Source: Synechococcales cyanobacterium VAR_4_metabat_354
GTDB lineage: Bacteria; Cyanobacteriota; Cyanobacteriia; Cyanobacteriales; Chamaesiphonaceae
NCBI GenBank assembly: GCA_031414775.1
Contig: JANOQI010000016.1
Span: 64,001-128,000 of the forward strand
Length of the DNA stretch: 64,000 bases
Reading direction: 5' to 3'
The notes beneath the pieces are model-generated. The model was not told the DNA's origin. It ran no database searches and saw nothing but the letters and a program-made list of their open reading frames with translations. The stretch's first letter is position 1. Each line of letters starts with the position of its first letter. Position numbers and translations under genes: made by a program. This document shows, one piece after another, positions 58,906 to 64,000 of this stretch.

Positions 58906-59046
58906 AGTTTTAACAATGCTGGTCAATAATTCTTGAAGGGTGAGGGTTTGATTAGCTTGAGACGGCAGTGCCATCTGCCAAGTTGTAAGCAAATTTTGAC
59001 TTTTGCCCAGGACTTTGCCAGAAATAGTAAGGTGAAATAGAGCCAT
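58906..59046 (-). pseudogene. N-terminal fragment of a small hypothetical gene interrupted by the IS
   Basis: MALFHLTISGKVLGKSQNLLTTWQM...LTLQELLTSIV, then reads into the IS end. Confidence 0.5.
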
Positions 59047-59101
59047 TGATCGATGATTTCAATAGAACGCCTCTACTATTAGAGATCTCAGCTTGTTACT
59101 C

Positions 59102-59890
59102 TTATCCTTTGACAAAAAAATAGGTGGTCATGCTCACCGCGACGATCGATACCAACCGATGAATAATCTGAGGTGGAATTTTACGGGCAAAATGCGCAAT
59201 GACATATCCACCTAAAGAACCGCCCACAGCCATCAGAATCGCTTGCGGCCAAGTGATCAAACCGGCAAAAATAAATAAGATCGCCGAAATACCGTTCAGA
59301 CAAGTTCCCAAAAATGCTTTCAGAGCATTCATATTGCTCATCCCTTCAAATCCAAAAAAAGTCAAGGCTGCTAACATCAAAATTCCCGCCCCACCACCAA
59401 AAAAGCCCCCATATATCGCAATCACTAATTGAGCAATTACTAAATAAAGTAGTTTTGGTGGCTGAGGATCAGCAGTTTTAGTAAATGATTGCAACCATTG
59501 TTTCAGAGATTCACCAAATATAAATACCCCAGTTGCTAGCAATAACAAATAGGGAATCAACCTTTTAAAAATATCGGGAGAAATATATAACAGTGCGATC
59601 GATCCCAGCATTCCACCCCCTAAACTGGTGAGGCTCAACATCATTAACACTCGCCTTTCCACCGCAAAATCACGTCGATAGGCTCCCACACTGGCTAGGG
59701 AGGCTACCCACATGGCGGTAGTATTGGTGGCATTAGCTGTGATCGGGGATACACCAGTAAAAATCAAAGCTGGAAAAGTGATGAAGCTGCCACCACCAGC
59801 AACTGCGTTAAGTCCACCAGCAATAAATGATGTAATAAATAGCAAAAAGCCATTGAAATGAGTAAGTGCTGGTGGCACAATTTGATTCAT
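59102..59890 (-). CDS. TauE/SafE family sulfite exporter-like membrane protein
   Basis: NAVAGGGSFITFPAL, ANATNT, YGGFFGGGAGILMLA, NALK. Start placed at ATG 59890. Confidence 0.9.
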   Translation of the reverse strand: MNQIVPPALTHFNGFLLFITSFIAGGLNAVAGGGSFITFPALIFTGVSPITANATNTTAMWVASLASVGAYRRDFAVERRVLMMLSLTSLGGGMLGSIALLYISPDIFKRLIPYLLLLATGVFIFGESLKQWLQSFTKTADPQPPKLLYLVIAQLVIAIYGGFFGGGAGILMLAALTFFGFEGMSNMNALKAFLGTCLNGISAILFIFAGLITWPQAILMAVGGSLGGYVIAHFARKIPPQIIHRLVSIVAVSMTTYFFVKG

Positions 59891-59922
59891 ATTGTTATCA
59901 ACGCTAATACCACAACATTTTC

Positions 59923-60288
59923 CTAAAATAGACCCAGGGTCGAAGTAGCCATAATCATTGCTGGGACTGCCGCTGCTGACCAATTCCCTTCGGCTTTTCG
60001 ACCACTATTCAACAACAACCGCAAACTATAGCTATGAGAATAACCAGAAACTTGTAGCCATAGTAGATCACTTTCAACTTCACAGTCAATCTTCTCTTCG
60101 GCCATCAATTCATCTGTCATGTGGAACATAGTATTCGACAACTGCTGCACCAAGCGGCAAAAATCAGCCATCTCCACAGCTGTCAGTTCCAATGCCCAAT
60201 TATCACCACCTACCAAGCCAGGATAATCGGGGGTAGCTGGTCGCCATCCCAAGCGCCAGCCATCCCCCGATTTTAGGATCTTCTCCAT
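59923..60288 (-). CDS. DUF1818 family protein
   Basis: GDGWRLGW, LVGGDNWALELT..E..DF, ELMAEE, GRKAEGNW. Located downstream of rpoZ. Confidence 0.85.
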   Translation of the reverse strand: MEKILKSGDGWRLGWRPATPDYPGLVGGDNWALELTAVEMADFCRLVQQLSNTMFHMTDELMAEEKIDCEVESDLLWLQVSGYSHSYSLRLLLNSGRKAEGNWSAAAVPAMIMATSTLGLF

Positions 60289-60301
60289 AATTAACTAGTG
60301 C

Positions 60302-60532
60302 CTATTCGCCTAGAATTTCTGGCTGAGTCAATTCATCAGCCATTTCAATAATGGCGCGCAGTACTGGCTTTAGCATTGGATCATCAGTATTTTCAGTTTC
60401 ATAGCGATGGCGCTTTTTGGCACGACTGGCTACTTGCACAGTAATTCGGTAGCGGTTAGAAGCAGCTTTAACCAGTTCTTCGGCGCGTAAGGATACGTGG
60501 TTGGAGTCGAACTGTGGGCGTTTGGACAACAT
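60302..60532 (-). CDS. rpoZ: RNA polymerase omega subunit
   Basis: [17 protein letters not shown]...[19 protein letters not shown]. Confidence 0.95.
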   Translation of the reverse strand: MLSKRPQFDSNHVSLRAEELVKAASNRYRITVQVASRAKKRHRYETENTDDPMLKPVLRAIIEMADELTQPEILGE

Positions 60533-60611
60533 GAGCGCATGGAAAACAGAGGGCTTTCCTATCTTAACAGGCCGCAGACGGAAGATCTCTCGATCGGCTG
60601 ATGAAAATGCT

Positions 60612-62306
60612 TTAAGGATTGCCCGGGAAAGGACTAGATGAGTAGGTAGATGGGGTAGAAGTAGTCGATTCAGTAGTTAGTGGGGATGGTGATGGACTAT
60701 TGATGGGTGGAGTTGACGGAGGTGGAACAGTAGAGGTGGTCGCTGATGGAATCGGATTTAGAGGAAAGTTGGTTGGAACTATCGCTGGATCGCTAGGTAA
60801 CGGCGAGACTGGGCTGTCCAGATCTTTTGGTAGGTCATATAAATTACTATTAGAGAAAGAAGGCGTTGGTGTTGATGTTTTTTTGATAACGCTGGGTGAT
60901 TTAGAGATCTGCGGTTTGGGCTTAGATGTAGAAGGTAACGGTGAAGGACTTAATGATGTTGTTGGTATTGGAGATGGAGTGATGGTAATACAGCTTCGGA
61001 TCTGATCATTGAAAACCCAACCTGTATTACCGTTGCGCTGTTCAATCCGGACAAATTCTTCTTTGCTAGAGACAAACAACAGCTTCTCCCCCTGGGCAAG
61101 CTTGCTCTTAATAGCCGCATTCCGATCGGGTACCTCTCGTACTTTGGTCACAAAATCTGAGTTTTTTCCAGGCGCGGCAATTCGGCAGCGATCGGTTGTG
61201 GTCACTAAAGTATCAAACTGGTCAGCCATGAGCTGAGGGCGCACTAAAAAATAACCTAAACCAGCAGCACCAGAGAGGAGCAACAAACTAGTCAGCCATT
61301 TGCTGGCTGGATGATATCTACGTGGCTCATCGGGACGGGTGGCACTGACAGGGAACTGGCGATTTATTGGTTGGGAGGGGGCGGGCTGAGGGGTTTTAGG
61401 TGCTACTACCCACGTAGCCGCCGTTGGTTCAGAAGTAGGAGAGTTAGATGAAGGAATCTCATTGTGAATAGCGGGCTGCGGATAGGTCACTCCGAAGTTC
61501 AACTGCTGCAATGCCTCGTGAGCCGTGACATAACGATCTTTGAAGTGGTAACTAGTGATTTTAGTCAGAAAAGCCAGTAGAGGTGGGCTAATTGTTACTA
61601 AGTGCTGCCATTGCAACTCGCCAGTGGCGTCATCTTCCGATAATTCTGTCGGATGCTGACCGGTAAGTGCCTGAATACAAATCATGCCTAGCGCATAGAG
61701 ATCACTGCTAGGGCGAGGGGTGCCACCGGCTTGCTCTAATGGCATGTAGCCCGGTGTGCCGATCGAGATTGTTTTAGTAACTTCTCCCAGCTGGGGATAC
61801 TGCTGGGTGCGGACTTGTTTAATAGCACCAAAGTCAATTAAGACTAATTTGCCATCAGCATCCCGCCGCATAATGTTATCGGGCTTTACGTCGCGATGAA
61901 TTACCCCTTGACCGTGCACAAATTCTAGAATAGTCAACACTTCTCGCAAAAGTCTTTGAACCGCAGATTCTGTCCACTTTTGACTAGTCCCTAGCTCCGA
62001 AGTGAGGGTATGGCCAACTATATATTCTTGAACCAGGAAAAACTCTCGACTTTCTTCAAAAAAAGCCAATAAACGAGGGATTTGTTCGTGGCTTCCCAGC
62101 TGTTGAAGGGTTTCAGCTTCTTTTTGGAAGAGCTTACGGGCAATTTCCAACACGGCCGGACTAGTACTAGCTGGTTTAAGGTGTTTGAGTACGCATTTTG
62201 GCTGACCAGGTAAATGCAGATCTTCAGTGATATAGGTTTGGCCAAATCCTCCGGCACCTAAAACTTGCAATACTTGATAACGTCCGGCTAGTAACTGGCC
62301 AATCAT
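60612..62306 (-). CDS. Ser/Thr protein kinase with TM helix, SH3-like domain and Pro/Ser/Thr-rich tail
   Basis: [30 protein letters not shown] helix [16 protein letters not shown]3-like segment (VREVP...TGWVF). Confidence 0.92.
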   Translation of the reverse strand: MIGQLLAGRYQVLQVLGAGGFGQTYITEDLHLPGQPKCVLKHLKPASTSPAVLEIARKLFQKEAETLQQLGSHEQIPRLLAFFEESREFFLVQEYIVGHTLTSELGTSQKWTESAVQRLLREVLTILEFVHGQGVIHRDVKPDNIMRRDADGKLVLIDFGAIKQVRTQQYPQLGEVTKTISIGTPGYMPLEQAGGTPRPSSDLYALGMICIQALTGQHPTELSEDDATGELQWQHLVTISPPLLAFLTKITSYHFKDRYVTAHEALQQLNFGVTYPQPAIHNEIPSSNSPTSEPTAATWVVAPKTPQPAPSQPINRQFPVSATRPDEPRRYHPASKWLTSLLLLSGAAGLGYFLVRPQLMADQFDTLVTTTDRCRIAAPGKNSDFVTKVREVPDRNAAIKSKLAQGEKLLFVSSKEEFVRIEQRNGNTGWVFNDQIRSCITITPSPIPTTSLSPSPLPSTSKPKPQISKSPSVIKKTSTPTPSFSNSNLYDLPKDLDSPVSPLPSDPAIVPTNFPLNPIPSATTSTVPPPSTPPINSPSPSPLTTESTTSTPSTYSSSPFPGNP

Positions 62307-62414
62307 AAAAAAAATTCACAGCGATTACTTCAACTTTACCATTCCCGATCGATTGGCGATTACAGACACTTTGAATTTGAGTAAGATGGAGCAAGTTCGA
62401 CCTAGCAACTTGTG

Positions 62415-62855
62415 ATGACTAATTCTTCGGCCAGTCATCAGCTGCATCTAGTCAATCACTATGAGCAGCTGAGCCTTCATCCTTCTGCCTCTGCGATCGA
62501 GATTCGGCGGGCTTATCGCTTGCTTAGTAAAAAGTATCATCCAGATACCACCACACTACCGGTGATTGAAGCGCAGACCAAGTTTCAGCAACTCAACCAA
62601 GCTTATGCCATTTTAACTAATCCCACTCGCCGGTTGTTGCATGACCAAGAAATTGGCTATTCTCGGGTTCGGGTAATGCAGGCTCCCACCGCTCATCGAC
62701 CTAATTACCAATCCAATTCGGCTTATCTTGACCCGATCGATCGACCATTGTCTGCCGGGGAAATATTTGTGCTGCTATTGCTAAGTGGTACGTTTTTGAT
62801 CTGTATTGGCCTAGTATTAGTAGTGGCAATTAGCCGGGGCGAATTGGTTTATTAA
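62415..62855 (+). CDS. J-domain (DnaJ-like) membrane protein
   Basis: HYEQL, IRRAYR.LSKKYHPD, AYAILTNP..R, DRPLSAGE and a C-terminal TM helix. Confidence 0.9.
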   Translation: MTNSSASHQLHLVNHYEQLSLHPSASAIEIRRAYRLLSKKYHPDTTTLPVIEAQTKFQQLNQAYAILTNPTRRLLHDQEIGYSRVRVMQAPTAHRPNYQSNSAYLDPIDRPLSAGEIFVLLLLSGTFLICIGLVLVVAISRGELVY

Positions 62856-62868
62856 CTTAAAAATTTAC

Positions 62869-63219
62869 ATGGTAAAAGTTGTGCTCAAAAGTCTTCTTTG
62901 TTTACTGATCGCTTGCTTCATGGCCTGCATAGCTTTGCCAGTTTCTACTTTCGATCATAGCTGGTCAGCGATCGCGGCGACCATCTCTCAGGGTCAAGAC
63001 GTTACTGTCAAGGGCAAAATGAAGCTGATCAATGTGGAAGGTGGCTGCTATCAACTAATCACGACCGACAACACCCACTACGAACTACAGGGTGAATTCC
63101 CGAAGCAAGACGGTCTGATCGTCAAGGTGCGCGGCACCTTAGTTGCCGATTTAGTCACCACTTGCCAAATAGGACGGCCTTTGCAAGTGAAAAATATCCA
63201 GATATTAAGAAATCACTAA
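62869..63219 (+). CDS. hypothetical exported small beta-barrel protein
   Basis: Signal-like N-terminus, VEGGCYQL...YEL...VKVRG...TTCQIG. Confidence 0.7.
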   Translation: MVKVVLKSLLCLLIACFMACIALPVSTFDHSWSAIAATISQGQDVTVKGKMKLINVEGGCYQLITTDNTHYELQGEFPKQDGLIVKVRGTLVADLVTTCQIGRPLQVKNIQILRNH

Positions 63220-63224
63220 ATTCT

Positions 63225-64000
63225 ATGGCCAACATCAATAGTGAAGCGATTAAGGCTCAGGCTCACGCTGTTGGCTTCCATTTGGTGGGGATAGCCGCGA
63301 TCGATAGTGTGGCCATTAACACTACGGCGGAGCGTTTAGAACAGTGGCTAGATTTAGGTTACCAAGCAGAAATGAACTGGATGACCAATCCGCGCCGTCG
63401 CGACCCGCATTTGGTTTTGCCGACCGTTCGATCGATCATTGCCGTAGCACTCAATTACTATCAGCCCCAATCCCGACCAACTGGCGATCAATACGCCAAA
63501 ATTTCTCGCTACGCTTGGGGCAAAGATTATCACAAAGTCTTAGAAAAAAAGCTCAAGCAATTGACTCAGTGGCTGCAAACCTCATCACCCAATTCCACTT
63601 TTAAGTTCTATACCGACACGGGTCCCATTGGCGATAAAGTCTGGGCCGAAGCTGCTGGGCTGGGCTGGATCGGTAAAAATGGCAACTTAATTACCCGCCA
63701 GTATGGGTCTTGGGTATTTTTGGGGGAAATCTTAACTGATTTAGAACTTACTGCCGATCGACCTCATGATCAACACTGCGGCACCTGTACCCGTTGCTTG
63801 ACAGCTTGCCCCACCCAAGCGATCGCCGCCCCCTTTGTAGTAGATGCTAATCGCTGCATTGCCTACCATACGATCGAGAACCGCGCCGCACAACTACCAG
63901 CCACCATTGCCAACAATTTAGCGGGCTGGGTCGCTGGCTGTGACATTTGCCAAGATGTTTGTCCCTGGAATCAGCGCTTTGCTCAACCCACTGATGTGAT
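63225..64000 (+). CDS. queG: epoxyqueuosine reductase (3' end outside window)
   Basis: Translated by hand from ATG 63225: [55 protein letters not shown]. Confidence 0.93.
   Translation, partial: MANINSEAIKAQAHAVGFHLVGIAAIDSVAINTTAERLEQWLDLGYQAEMNWMTNPRRRDPHLVLPTVRSIIAVALNYYQPQSRPTGDQYAKISRYAWGKDYHKVLEKKLKQLTQWLQTSSPNSTFKFYTDTGPIGDKVWAEAAGLGWIGKNGNLITRQYGSWVFLGEILTDLELTADRPHDQHCGTCTRCLTACPTQAIAAPFVVDANRCIAYHTIENRAAQLPATIANNLAGWVAGCDICQDVCPWNQRFAQPTDV

Noticed and set aside
60612..60990. Pro/Ser/Thr-rich low-complexity region as a tandem repeat element
   Set aside because: There is no regular DNA repeat unit. It is an ordinary disordered tail of a membrane Ser/Thr kinase.
63344..63604. 86-aa ORF in the track
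   Set aside because: It is an alternate-frame shadow of queG, which runs off the window end.

Overview
A 64-kb chromosomal window from a cyanobacterium. Evidence: a CpcS-family phycobiliprotein lyase, Tic22, zeta-carotene desaturase, Uma2 nucleases and very frequent CGATCG/GCGATCGC (HIP1-type) words. Most of it is housekeeping (nnr, prmC, dnaE, ispE, rsmA, aspS, zds, typA, rpoZ, queG), signalling genes (a 2000-aa Ser/Thr kinase-AAA-GAF-PAS-HK-REC hybrid, an HD-GYP protein, a Ser/Thr kinase) and a nucleotide-sugar cluster (rfbF, rfbC-like, SAF oxidoreductase, lhgO-like, epimerase, uxs, ugd). Six things stand out. (1) An AT-rich three-gene cassette (GT7-like, GT11, GT6) that looks like a complete ABO/A-blood-group-type glycan pathway, next to two internally deleted GT4 genes. 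(2) A contiguous dnaE with no intein at the usual cyanobacterial split site, but a 400-aa cis intein with a LAGLIDADG endonuclease at another site. (3) An unannotated ~170-nt structured RNA, probably 6S. (4) An acyl-carrier-like protein lacking the phosphopantetheine serine. (5) A rearranged hotspot at 55.6-59.0 kb: three duplicated pieces of one gene's 3' end alternate with an ABC-ATPase + DUF4276 pair, a truncated MazF/PemK TA module and an IS remnant, with several junctions at CGATCG. (6) An in-frame hexamer microsatellite in a kinase GAF domain. No rRNA, tRNA or CRISPR array was found. All family calls come from motif recognition by eye; no database searches were run.
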